Part shown: piece by piece, positions 1 to 13,684 of the stretch
Position numbering within the stretch: the stretch's first letter is position 1
Layout of the letters: each line of letters begins with the position of its first letter
Source of the DNA: Balanoglossus misakiensis
Lineage: Eukaryota; Animalia; Hemichordata
NCBI GenBank assembly: GCA_040954595.2
Contig: CM082585.2
Location: forward strand, 1,550,318-1,614,317
Reading direction: 5' to 3'
Length of the DNA: 64,000 nucleotides
Notes under the pieces: model-generated
Told to the model about the DNA's origin: nothing
Database searches by the model: none
The model's input: the letters and a program-made list of their open reading frames with translations, nothing else
Program-made: the position numbers and the translations under genes

Positions 1-3000
1 AATCATGGGAGAAAATCATCAAAAAATGACAAATTTTCGACTTTGCAAAATCTCAACATTTCGTCGATTTTTGAAAAAAATCATGGGTGAAAATCATCAA
101 AAAATGACAAATTTTCGACTTTGCAAAATCTCAAAATTTCGTCGATTTTTGAAAAAAAATCATGGGTGTAAATCATCAAAAAATGACAAATTTTCGTCTT
201 TGCAAAATCTCAAAATTTCGTCCATTTTTGAATAAAAATCATGGGTGAAAATCATCAAAAAATGACACATTTTCGACTTTGCAAAATCTAAAAATTTCGT
301 CGATTTTTGAAAAAAATCATGGTTGAAAATCATCAAAAAATGACAAAATTTTCGACTTTGTAAAATCACAAAATTTCGTCGATTTTGAAAAAAATCATAG
401 GTTCGTCGATTTCTAAAAAAAAACATTGGTGAAAATCATCAAAAAATGACAAATTTTCGACTTTGCAAAATCTCAAAATTTCGTCGATTTTTGAAAAAAA
501 TCATGGGTGAAAATCATCAACAAATGACAAATTTTCGACTTCGCAAAATCTCAAAATTTCGTCAATTTTTGAAAAAATCAGGGGTAAAAATCATCAAAAA
601 ATGACAAATTTTCGTCTTTGCTAAATCTCAAAATTTCGTCGGTTTTTGAAAAATAATATGGGTGAAAATCATCAAAAAATGACAAATTTTCGACTTTGCA
701 AAATCTCAACATTTCGTCGATTTTTGAAAAAAATCATGGGTGAAAATCATCAAAAAATGACAAATTTTCGACTTTGCAAAATCTCAAAATTTCGTCCATT
801 TTAAAAAAAAAACATGGGGGAAAATCATCAAAAAATGAGAAAATTTTCGACTTTGCAAAATCTCAAAATTTCGTCGATTTTGAAAAAAATCATAGGTTCG
901 TCGATTTAAAAAAAAAAACATGGGTGAAAATCATCAAAAAATGACAAATTTTCGACTTTGCAAAATCTCACAATTTCGTCGATTTTTGAAAAAAATCATG
1001 GGAGAAAATCATCAAAAAATGACAAATTTTCGACTTTGCAAAATCTCAACATTTCGTCGATTTTTGAAAAAAATCATGGGTGAAAATCATCAAAAAATGA
1101 CAAATTTTCGACTTTGCAAAATCTCACAATTTCGTCGATTTTTGAAAAAAATCATGGGTGAAAATCATCAAAAAATTACAAATTTTCGACTTTGCAAAAT
1201 CTCAACATTTCGTCAATTTTTGAAAAAATCATGGGTGAAAATCATCAAAAAATGACAAATTTTCGTCTTTGCAAAATCTCAAAATTTCGTCGGTTTTTGA
1301 AAAATAATATGGTTGAAAATCATCAAAAAATGACAAAATTATCGACTTTGCAAAATCTCACAATTTCGTCGATTTTTGAAAAAAAATCATGGGTGAAAAT
1401 CATCAAAAAATGACAAATTTTCGACTTTGCAAAATCTCAAAATTTCGTCCATTTTAAAAAAAAAACATGGGGGAAAATCATCAAAAAATGAGAAAATTTT
1501 CGACTTTGCAAAATCTCAAAATTTCGTCGATTTTGAAAAAAATCATAGGTTCGTCGATTTAAAAAAAAAACATGGGTGAAAATCATCAAAAAATGACAAA
1601 TTTTCGACTTTGCAAAATCTCACAATTTCGTCGATTTTTGAAAAAAATCATGGGAGAAAATCATCAAAAAATGACAAATTTTCGACTTCGCAAAATCTCA
1701 AAATTTCGTCAATTTTTGAAAAAATCAGGGGTAAAAATCATCAAAAAATGACAAATTTTCGTCTTTGCTAAATCTCAAAATTTCGTCGGTTTTTGAAAAA
1801 TAATATGGGTGAAAATCATCAAACAATGACAAATGTTCGACTTTGCAAAATCTCAACATTTCGTCGATTTTTGAAAAAAATCATGGGTGAAAATCATCAA
1901 AAAATGACAAATTTTCGACTTTGCAAAATCTCAAAATTTCGTCGATTTTGAAAAAAATCATAGGTTCGTCGATTTAAAAAAAAAAACATGGGTGAAAATC
2001 ATCAAAAAATGACAAATTTTCGACTTTGCAAAATCTCACAATTTCGTCGATTTTTGAAAAAAATCATGGGAGAAAATCATCAAAAAATGACAAATTTTCG
2101 ACTTTGCAAAATCTCAACATTTCGTCGATTTTTGAAAAAAATCATGGGTGAAAATCATCAAAAAATGACAAATTTTCGACTTTGCAAAATCTCACAATTT
2201 CGTCGATTTTTGAAAAAAATCTTGGGTGAAAATCATCAAAAAATTACAAATTTTCGACTTTGCAAAATCTCAACATTTCGTCAATTTTTGAAAAAATCAT
2301 GGGTGAAAATCATCAAAAAATGACAAATTTTCGTCTTTGCAAAATCTCAAAATTTCGTCGGTTTTTGAAAAATAATATGGTTGAAAATCATCAAAAAATG
2401 ACAAAATTATCGACTTTGCAAAATCTCACAATTTCGTCGATTTTTGAAAAAAAATCATGGGTGAAAATCATCAAAAAATGACAAATTTTCGACTTTGCAA
2501 AATCTCAAAATTTCGTCCATTTTAAAAAAAAAACATGGGGGAAAATCATCAAAAAATGAGAAAATTTTCGACTTTGCAAAATCTCAAAATTTCGTCGATT
2601 TTGAAAAAAATCATAGGTTCGTCGATTTAAAAAAAAAACATGGGTGAAAATCATCAAAAAATGACAAATTTTCGACTTTGCAAAATCTCACAATTTCGTC
2701 GATTTTTGAAAAAAATCATGGGAGAAAATCATCAAAAAATGACAAATTTTCGACTTCGCAAAATCTCAAAATTTCGTCAATTTTTGAAAAAATCAGGGGT
2801 AAAAATCATCAAAAAATGACAAATTTTCGTCTTTGCTAAATCTCAAAATTTCGTCGCTTTTTGAAAAATAATATGGGTGAAAATCATCAAAAAATGACAA
2901 ATTTTCGACTTTGCAAAATCTCAACATTTCGTCGATTTTTGAAAAAAATCATGGGTGAAAATCATCAAAAAATGACAAATTTTCGACTTTGCAAAATCTC

Positions 3001-6000
3001 AAAATTTCGTCCATTTTAAAAAAAAAACATTGGGGAAAATCATCAAAAAATGAGAAAATTTTCGACTTTGCAAAATCTCAAAATTTCGTCGATTTTGAAA
3101 AAAATCATAGGTTCGTCGATTTAAAAAAAAAAACATGGGTGAAAATCATCAAAAAATGACAAATTTTCGACTTTGCAAAATCTCAACATTTCGTCGATTT
3201 TTGAAAAAAATCATGGGTGAAAATCATCAAAAAATGACAAATTATCGACTTTGCAAAATCTCACAATTTCGTCGATTTTTGAAAAAAATCATGGGTGAAA
3301 ATCATCAAAAAATTACAAATTTTCGACTTTGCAAAATCTCAACATTTCGTCGATTTTTTAAAAAAATCATGGGTGAAAATCATCAAAAAATGACAAATTT
3401 TCGACTTTGCAAAATCTCAAAATTTCGTCAATTTTTGAAAAAAATCATGGGTGAAAATCATCAAAAAATGACAAATTTTCGACTTTGCAAAATCTCAAAA
3501 TTTCGTCAATTTTTGAAAAAAATCATGGGTGAAAATCATCAAAAAATGACAAATTTTCGACTTTGCAAAATCTCAACATTTCATCGATTTTTGAAAAAAA
3601 ATCATGGTTGAAAATCATCAAAAAATGACAAATTTTCGTCTTTGCAAAATCTCAAAATTTCGTCCATTTTTGAATAAAAATCATGGGTGAAAATCATCAA
3701 AAAATGACACATTTTCGACTTTGCAAAATCTAAAAATTTCGTCGATTTTTGAAAAAAATCATGGGTGATAATCATCAAAAAATGACAAATTATCGACTTT
3801 GCAAAATCTCAAAATTTCGTCGATTTTGAAAAAAACCATTGGGGGAAAATCATCAAAAAATGACAAATTATCGACTTTGCAAAATCTCAAAATTTCGTCC
3901 ATTTTAAAAAAAAAACATGGGGGAAAATCATCAAAAAATGACAAATTTTCGACTTTGCAAAATCTCAACATTTCATCGATTTTTGAAAAAAATCATGGGT
4001 GAAAATCATCAAAAAATGACAAATTTTCGTCTATGCAAAATCTCAAAATTTCGTCGGTTTTTGAAAAATAATATGGTTGAAAATCATCAAAAAATGACAA
4101 AATTATCGACTTTGCAAAATCTCACAATTTCGTCGATTTTTGAAAAAAAATCATGGGTGAAAATCATCAAAAAATTACAAATTTTCGACTTTGCAAAATC
4201 TCAACATTTCGTCGATTTTTGAAAAAAATCATGGGTGAAAATCATCAAAAAATGACAAATTTTCGACTTTGCAAAATCTCAAAATTTCGTCCATTTTAAA
4301 AAAAAAACATGGGGGAAAATCATCAAAAAATGAGAAAATTTTCGACTTTGCAAAATCTCAAAATTTCGTCGATTTTGAAAAAAAACATTGGGGGAAAATC
4401 ATCAAAAAATGACAAATTATCGACTTTGCAAAATCTCACAATTTCGTCGATTTTTGAAAAAAATCATGGGTGAAAATCATCAAAAAATTACAAATTTTCG
4501 ACTTTGCAAAATCTCAACATTTCGTCGATTTTTGAAAAAAATCATGGGTGAAAATCATCAGAAAATTACAAATTTTCGACTTTGCAAAATCTCAACATTT
4601 CGTCGATTTTTGAAAAAAATCATGGGTGAAAATCATCAAAAAATGACAAATTTTCGACTTTGCAAAATCTCAAAATTTCGTCAATTTTTGAAAAAATCAT
4701 GGGTGAAAATCATCAAAAAATGACAAATTTTCGTCTATGCAAAATCTCAAAATTTCGTCGGTTTTTGAAAAATAATATGGTTGAAAATCATCAAAAAATG
4801 ACAAAATTATCGACTTTGCAAAATCTCAACATTTCGTCGATTTTTGAAAAAAATCATGGGTGAAAATCATCAAAAAAGGACAAATTTTCGACTTTGCAAA
4901 ATCTCAAAATTTCGTCGATTTTGAAAAAAATCATAGGTTCGTCGATTTAAAAAAAAAAAACATGGGTGAAAATCATCAAAAAATGACAAATTTTCGACTT
5001 TGCAAAATCTCACAATTTCGTCGATTTTTGAAAAAAATCATGGGAGAAAATCATCAAAAAATGACAAATTTTCGACTTTGCAAAATCTCAACATTTCGTC
5101 GATTTTTGAAAAAAATCATGGGTGAAAATCATCAAAAAATGACAAATTTTCGACTTTGCAAAATCTCAACATTTCGTCGATTTTTGAAAAAAATCATGGG
5201 TGAAAATCATCAAAAAATGACAAATTTTCGACTTTGCAAAATCTCAAAATTTCGTCGATTTTGAAAAAAATCATAGGTTCGTCGTTTTTTTTAAAAAAAA
5301 AACATGGGTGAAAATCATCAAAAAATGACAAATTTTTGACTTTGCAAAATCTCAACATTTCGTCGATTTTTGAAAAAAATCATGGGTGAAAATCATCAAA
5401 AAATGACAAATTTTCGACTTTGCAAAATCTCAAAATTTCGTCGATTTTGAAAAAAATCATAGGTTCGTCGATTTAAAAAAAAAAAACATGGGTGAAAATC
5501 ATCAAAAAATGACAAATTTTCGACTTTGCAAAATCTCACAATTTCGTCGATTTTTGAAAAAAATCATGGGTGAAAATCATCAAAAAATGACAAATTTTCG
5601 ACTTTGCAAAATCTCAAAATTTCGTCCATTTAAAAAAAAAAACATGGGGGAAAATCATCAAAAAATGACAAATTTTCGACTTTGCAAAATCTCAAAATTT
5701 CGTCGATTTTGAAAAAAACCATTGGGGGAAAATCATCAAAAAATGACAAATTTTCGACTTTGCAAAATCTCAAAATTTCGTCAATTTTTGAAAAAATCAT
5801 GGGTGAAATTCATCAAAAAATGACAAATTTTCGTCTATGCAAAATCTCAAAATTTCGTCGGTTTTTGAAAAATAATATGGTTGAAAATCATCAAAAAATG
5901 ACAAAATTATCGACTTTGCAAAATCTCAACATTTCGTCGATTTTTGAAAAAAATCATGGGTGAAAATCATCAAAAAATGACAAATTTTCGACTTTGCAAA

Positions 6001-9000
6001 ATCTCAAAATTTCGTCGATTTTGAAAAAAATCATAGGTTCGTCGATTTAAAAAAAAAAAACATGGGTGAAAATCATCAAAAAATGACAAATTTTCGACTT
6101 TGCAAAATCTCACAATTTCGTCGATTTTTGAAAAAAAATCATGGGAGAAAATCATCAAAAAATGACAAATTTTCGACTTTGCAAAATCTCAACATTTCGT
6201 CGATTTTTGAAAAAAATCATGGGTGAAAATCATCAAAAAATGACAAATTTTCGACTTTGCAAAATCTCAACATTTCGTCGATTTTTGAAAAAAATCATGG
6301 GTGAAAATCATCAAAAAATGACAAATTTTCGACTTTGCAAAATCTCAAAATTTCGTCGATTTTGAAAAAAATCATAGGTTCGTCGTTTTTTTAAAAAAAA
6401 AAACATGGGTGAAAATCATCAAAAAATGACAAATTTTTGACTTTGCAAAATCTCACAATTTCGTCGATTTTTGAAAAAAATCATGGGTGAAAATCATCAA
6501 AAAATGACAAATTTTCGACTTTGCAAAATCTCAAAATTTCGTCCATTTTAAAAAAAAAACATGGGGGAAAATCATCAAAAAATGACAAATTTTCGACTTT
6601 GCAAAATCTCAAAATTTCGTCGATTTTGAAAAAAACCATTGGGGGAAAATCATCAAAAAATGACAAATTTTCGACTTTGCAAAATCTCAAAATTTCGTCG
6701 ATTTTGAAAAAAAACCATTGGGGGAAAATCATCAAAAAATTACAAATTTTCGACTTTGCAAAATCTCAACATTTCGTCGATTTTGAAAAAAAACCATTGG
6801 GGGAAAATCATCAAAAAATTACAAATTTTCGACTTTGCAAAATCTCAACATTTCGTCGATTTTTGAAAAAAATCATGGGTGAAAATAATCAAAAAATGAC
6901 AAATTTTCGACTTTGCAAAATCTCAAAATTTCGTCGATTTTGAAAAAAATCATAGGTTCGTCGATTTTAAAAAAAAAAACATGGGTGAAAATCATCAAAA
7001 AATGACAAATTTTCGACTTTGCAAAATCTCAACATTTCGTCGATTTTTGAAAAAAATCATGGGTGAAAATCATCAAAAAATGACAAATTTTCGACTTTGC
7101 AAAATCTCAAAATTTCGTCGATTTTGAAAAAAATCATAGGTTCGTCGATTTTAAAAAAAAAACATGGGTGAAAATCATCAAAAAATGACAAATTTTCGAC
7201 TTTGCAAAATCTCAAAATTTCGTCCATTTTAAAAAAAAAACATGGGGGAAAATCATCAAAAAATGAGAAAATTTTCGACTTTGCAAAATCTCAAAATTTC
7301 GTCGATTTTGAAAAAAAACATTGGGGGAAAATCATCAAAAAATGACAAATTATCGACTTTGCAAAATCTCACAATTTCGTCGATTTTTGAAAAAAATCAT
7401 GGGTGAAAATCATCAAAAAATTACAAATTTTCGACTTTGCAAAATCTCAACATTTCGTCGATTTTTGAAAAAAATCATGGGTGAAAATCATCAGAAAATT
7501 ACAAATTTTCGACTTTGCAAAATCTCAACATTTCGTCGATTTTTGAAAAAAATCATGGGTGAAAATCATCAAAAAATGACAAATTTTCGACTTTGCAAAA
7601 TCTCAAAATTTCGTCAATTTTTGAAAAAATCATGGGTGAAAATCATCAAAAAATGACAAATTTTCGTCTATGCAAAATCTCAAAATTTCGTCGGTTTTTG
7701 AAAAATAATATGGTTGAAAATCATCAAAAAATGACAAAATTATCGACTTTGCAAAATCTCAACATTTCGTCGATTTTTGAAAAAAATCATGGGTGAAAAT
7801 CATCAAAAAATGACAAATTTTCGACTTTGCAAAATCTCAAAATTTCGTCGATTTTGAAAAAAATCATAGGTTCGTCGATTTAAAAAAAAAAACATGGGTG
7901 AAAATCATCAAAAAATGACAAATTTTCGACTTTGCAAAATCTCACAATTTCGTCGATTTTTGAAAAAAATCATGGGAGAAAATCATCAAAAAATGACAAA
8001 TTTTCGACTTTGCAAAATCTCAACATTTCGTCGATTTTTGAAAAAAATCATGGGTGAAAATCATCAAAAAATGACAAATTTTCGACTTTGCAAAATCTCA
8101 ACATTTCGTCGATTTTTGAAAAAAATCATGGGTGAAAATCATCAAAAAATGACAAATTTTCGACTTTGCAAAATCTCAAAATTTCGTCGATTTTGAAAAA
8201 AATCATAGGTTCGTCGTTTTTTTTAAAAAAAAACATGGGTGAAAATCATCAAAAAATGACAAATTTTTGACTTTGCAAAATCTCACAATTTCGTCGATTT
8301 TTGAAAAAAATCATGGGTGAAAATCATCAAAAAATGACAAATTTTCGACTTTGCAAAATCTCAAAATTTCGTCCATTTAAAAAAAAAAACATGGGGGAAA
8401 ATCATCAAAAAATGACAAATTTTCGACTTTGCAAAATCTCAAAATTTCGTCGATTTTGAAAAAAACCATTGGGGGAAAATCATCAAAAAATGACAAATTT
8501 TCGACTTTGCAAAATCTCAAAATTTCGTCAATTTTTGAAAAAATCATGGGTGAAAATCATCAAAAAATGACAAATTTTCGTCTATGCAAAATCTCAAAAT
8601 TTCGTCGGTTTTTGAAAAATAATATGGTTGAAAATCATCAAAAAATGACAAAATTATCGACTTTGCAAAATCTCAACATTTCGTCGATTTTTGAAAAAAA
8701 TCATGGGTGAAAATCATCAAAAAATGACAAATTTTCGACTTTGCAAAATCTCAAAATTTCGTCGATTTTGAAAAAAATCATAGGTTCGTCGATTTAAAAA
8801 AAAAAAACATGGGTGAAAATCATCAAAAAATGACAAATTTTCGACTTTGCAAAATCTCAAAATTTCGTCGATTTTGAAAAAAATCATAGGTTCGTCGTTT
8901 TTTTAAAAAAAAAAACATGGGTGAAAATCATCAAAAAATGACAAATTTTTGACTTTGCAAAATCTCACAATTTCGTCGATTTTTGAAAAAAATCATGGGT

Positions 9001-11113
9001 GAAAATCATCAAAAAATGACAAATTTTCGACTTTGCAAAATCTCAAAATTTCGTCCATTTTAAAAAAAAAACATGGGGGAAAATCATCAAAAAATGACAA
9101 ATTTTCGACTTTGCAAAATCTCAAAATTTCGTCGATTTTGAAAAAAACCATTGGGGGAAAATCATCAAAAAATGACAAATTTTCGACTTTGCAAAATCTC
9201 AAAATTTCGTCGATTTTGAAAAAAAACCATTGGGGGAAAATCATCAAAAAATTACAAATTTTCGACTTTGCAAAATCTCAACATTTCGTCGATTTTGAAA
9301 AAAAACCATTGGGGGAAAATCATCAAAAAATTACAAATTTTCGACTTTGCAAAATCTCAACATTTCGTCGATTTTTGAAAAAAATCATGGGTGAAAATAA
9401 TCAAAAAATGACAAATTTTCGACTTTGCAAAATCTCAAAATTTCGTCGATTTTGAAAAAAATCATAGGTTCGTCGATTTTAAAAAAAAAAACATGGGTGA
9501 AAATCATCAAAAAATGACAAATTTTCGACTTTGCAAAATCTCACAATTTTGTCGATTTTTGAAAAAAATCATGGGAGAAAATCATCAAAAAATGACAAAT
9601 TTTCGACTTTGCAAAATCTCAAAATTTCGTCGATTTTGAAAAAAATCATAGGTTCGTCGATTTAAAAAAAAAAAACATGGGTGAAAATCATCAAAAAATG
9701 ACAAATTTTCGACTTTGCAAAATCTCACAATTTCGTCGATTTTTGAAAAAAATCATGGGAGAAAATCATCAAAAAATGACAAATTTTCGACTTTGCAAAA
9801 TCTCAACATTTCGTCGATTTTTGAAAAAAATCATGGGTGAAAATCATCAAAAAATGACAAATTTTCGACTTTGCAAAATCTCAACATTTCGTCGATTTTT
9901 GAAAAAAATCATGGGTGAAAATCATCAAAAAATGACAAATTTTCGACTTTGCAAAATCTCAAAATTTCGTCGATTTTGAAAAAAATCATAGGTTCGTCGT
10001 TTTTTTTAAAAAAAAACATGGGTGAAAATCATCAAAAAATGACAAATTTTTGACTTTGCAAAATCTCACAATTTCGTCGATTTTTGAAAAAAATCATGGG
10101 TGAAAATCATCAAAAAATGACAAATTTTCGACTTTGCAAAATCTCAAAATTTCGTCCATTTTAAAAAAAAAACATGGGGGAAAATCATCAAAAAATGACA
10201 AATTTTCGACTTTGCAAAATCTCAAAATTTCGTCGATTTTGAAAAAAACCATTGGGGGAAAATCATCAAAAAATGACAAATTTTCGACTTTGCAAAATCT
10301 CAAAATTTCGTCGATTTTGAAAAAAAACCATTGGGGGAAAATCATCAAAAAATTACAAATTTTCGACTTTGCAAAATCTCAACATTTCGTCGATTTTTGA
10401 AAAAAATCATGGGTGAAAATCATCAAAAAATGACAAATTTTCGACTTTGCAAAATCTCAAAATTTCTTCGATTTTGAAAAAAATCATAGGTTCGTCGATT
10501 TTAAAAAAAAAACATGGGTGAAAATCATCAAAAAATGAAAAATTTTCGACTTTGCAAAATCTCACAATTTTGTCGATTTTTGAAAAAAATCATGGGAGAA
10601 AATCATCAAAAAATGACAAATTTTCGACTTTGCAAAATCTCAACATTTCGTCGATTTTTGAAAAAAATCATGGGTGAAAATCATCAAAAAATGACAAATT
10701 TTCGACTGTGCAAAATCTCAAAATTTCGTCGATTTTTGAAAAAAAATCATGGTTGAAAATCATCAAAAAATGACAAAATTTTCGACTTTGCAAAATCACA
10801 CAATTTCGTCGATTTTGAAAAAAATCATAGGTTCGTCGATTTTTAAAAAAAAAACATGGGTGAAAATCATCAAAAAATGACAAATTTTCGACTTTGCAAA
10901 ATCTTAAAATTTCGTCGATTTTTGAAAAAAAATCATGGGTGAAAATCATCAAAAAATGACACATTTTCGACTTTGCAAAATCTAAAAATTTCGTCGATTT
11001 TTGAAAAAAAATCATGGGTAAAAATCATCAAAAAATGACAAATTTTCGACTTTGCAAAATCTCAAAATTTCGTCGATTTTGAAAAAAAACATTGGGGGAA
11101 AATCATCAAAAAA
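1..11113. repeat. 78-bp AT-rich satellite array, block 1
   Basis: Tandem monomer ~AAAATCATCAAAAAATGACAAATTTTCGACTTTGCAAAATCTCAAAATTTCGTCGATTTTTGAAAAAAATCATGGGTG (26-codon period in ORF track), with recurrent variants and a ~31-bp truncated unit (aatcataggttcgtcgattt+A-run). Continues off the left edge. Confidence 0.98.
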
Positions 11114-12608
11114 TAGCGTCAAGGACACTGTGGTCCCATTTGAGGACATAGCTCATAGCAACATAGCAATAAGCATATCTACTCTGGATGCCAAGATATG
11201 GAAAAGTAGGTCAAAGGTCACCTGAGGTCATGCAAAATTTGGGCAAGACATTTTGACCCTATACTGGTCCATGTTCAACAAAACAAAACCTATAGCCCTA
11301 TTGGTTAGCCTGGAATTAGGTATGCACATAATTAATGAGATATGCAGGTGTCACAGGTGACCTTCAATTTTGGCTTTTCAATTTTAGTCCCAACCCTCCA
11401 AACGCGAAGTCTGTACCTGCTCTGGATGCCAAGATATGGAAAAGTAGGTCAAAGGTCACCTGAGATCATGCAAAATTTGGGCAAGAAATTTTGACCCTAT
11501 ACTGGTCCATGTTCAACAAAAAGCAAACCTATAGCCCTATTGGTTAGCCTGGAATTAGGTATGCACAAAATTAATGAGATATGCAGGTGTCACAGGTGAC
11601 CCCCAATTTTGGCTTTTCAATTTTAGTCCCAACCCTCCAAACGCCAAGTCTGTACCTGCTCTGGATGCCAAGATATGGAAAAGTAGGTCAAAGGTCACCT
11701 GAGGTCATGCAAAATTTGGGTAAGAAATTTTGACCCTATACTGGTCCATGCTCAACAAAAACCAAAAGTATAGCCCTATTGGTTAGCCTGGAATTAGGTA
11801 TGCACATAATTAATGAGATATGCAGGTGTCACAGGTGACCCATATTTTGGCTTTTCAATTTTAGTCCCAACCCTCCAAACGCCAAGTCTGTACCTGCTCT
11901 GGATGCCGAGATATAGCAAAGTAGGTCAAAGGTCACCTGAGGTCACCCAAAATTTGGGCAAGAAATTTTGACCCTATACTGGTCCATGTCCCACAAGAAC
12001 GAAACCTCTAGCCCTATTAGTTAGCCCGGAATTAGGTATGCACATAATTAATGTGTTAAGCAGGTGTTACAGGTAAGCCCAAAAATTTGCCTTTTATTTT
12101 GGCCCCATTGTGCTCACGGACCAATAGACAGTCACTGTACAGGACTATTGCACAGACCAGAATTCCACAATAAGACGTGGACATAGCTTAACCATAGAGG
12201 TATAAGTAAAGTTATAAATTTAATAAAAAGACTAAAAAATTCATAAAAAATAAAACATCCATGATATTAACTTAACACTTACAGGTCGATGTGAGGTTGA
12301 CATAAGGTACATGCATACCAATTTTTAAAGCAATCTGACCAGTAGTTGTTGACTTTCAGAGTTTTGATAAATTTCACATTTTACTGGCTAATTTGCATAT
12401 TTTTGGGCCTGGCAACTTCGTTTGGACAAACTCCCATCTACAGCCCAGCCTGCACCTACACACCAAATATTGAGGTGTTACGCACAGCGGTTTTCAAGTT
12501 TTTGATGTGGACGGACATACAGACATACATACATCCATACATACATCCATACAGACGCAACCCATCCCATAAGGTCCCATGGTATATAGGCCTATACCAA
12601 TGGGACCT
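11114..12608 (-). mobile_element. Non-autonomous Helentron-associated element (HINE/DINE-1-like), copy 1
   Basis: Minus strand: T-run, 5' subterminal repeat plus inverted copy (aggtcccattggtata...tataccatgggacct), TACA/TCCA microsatellite, ~239-bp central tandem repeats, 3' subTIR (atgggacc), small hairpin (agtgtc-ctt-gacgct), T-run. Termini shared with the element at 39552-56050. Confidence 0.9.
11182..12090. repeat. ~239-bp central tandem repeat (~4 units) within HINE copy 1
   Basis: ctctggatgcc...aggtcaaaggtcacctga recurs at ~11182, 11420, 11660, 11898. Confidence 0.9.
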
Positions 12609-13684
12609 AAAAATGACAAATTATCGACTTTGCAAAATCTCACAATTTCGTCGATTTTTGAAAAAAATCATGGGTGAAAATCATCAAAAAATGACAAATT
12701 TTCGACTTTGCAAAATCTCAACATTTCGTCGATTTTTGAAAAAAATCATGGGTGAAAATCATCAAAAAATGACAAATTTTCGACTTTGCAAAATCTCAAA
12801 ATTTCGTCGATTTTGAAAAAAATCATAGGTTCGTCGATTTTAAAAAAAAAACATGGGTGAAAATCATCAAAAAATGACAAATTTTCGACTTTGCAAAATC
12901 TCACAATTTCGTCGATTTTTGAAAAAAATCATGGGAGAAAATCATCAAAAAATGACAAATTTTCGACTTTGCAAAATCTCAACATTTCGTCGATTTTTGA
13001 AAAAAATCATGGGTGAAAATCATCAAAAAATGACAAATTTTCGACTGTGCAAAATCTCAAAATTTCGTCGATTTTTGAAAAAAAATCATGGTTGAAAATC
13101 ATCAAAAAATGACAAAATTTTCGACTTTGCAAAATCACACAATTTCGTCGATTTTGAAAAAAATCATAGGTTCGTCGATTTTTTAAAAAAAAACATGGGT
13201 GAAAATCATCAAAAAATGACAAATTTTCGACTTTGCAAAATCTTAAAATTTCGTCGATTTTTTAAAAAAAATCATGGGTGAAAATCATCAAAAAATGACA
13301 CATTTTCGACTTTGCAAAATCTTAAAATTTCGTCGATTTTTGAGAAAAATCATGGGTGAAAATCATCAAAAAATGACAAATTTTCGACTTTGCAAAATCT
13401 CAAAATTTCGTCGATTTTTGAAAAAAATCATGGGTGAAAATCATCAAAAAATGACAAATTTTCGACTTTGCAAAATCTCAAAATTTTGTCGATTTTTGAA
13501 AAAAATCATAGGTGAAAATCATCAAAAAATGACAAATTTTCGACTTCGCAAAATCTCAAAATTTCGTCAATTTTTGAAAAAATCAGGGGTAAAAATCATC
13601 AAAAAATGACAAATTTTCGTCTTTGCTAAATCTCAAAATTTCGTCGGTTTTTGAAAAATAATATGGGTGAAAATCATCAAAAAA
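12609..13684. repeat. 78-bp satellite, block 2
   Basis: Same monomer; nearly identical to 15180-16251. Confidence 0.97.

Noticed and set aside
1-11113. CRISPR-like array or CENP-B box
   Set aside because: No unique spacers, eukaryotic context; TTTCGTCGATTTTTGAA shares only TTCG with the CENP-B box
12346-12816. 156-aa ORF (also 14917-15387, 55776-56102)
   Set aside because: Non-ATG start, runs across HINE terminus and microsatellite into satellite; no domain
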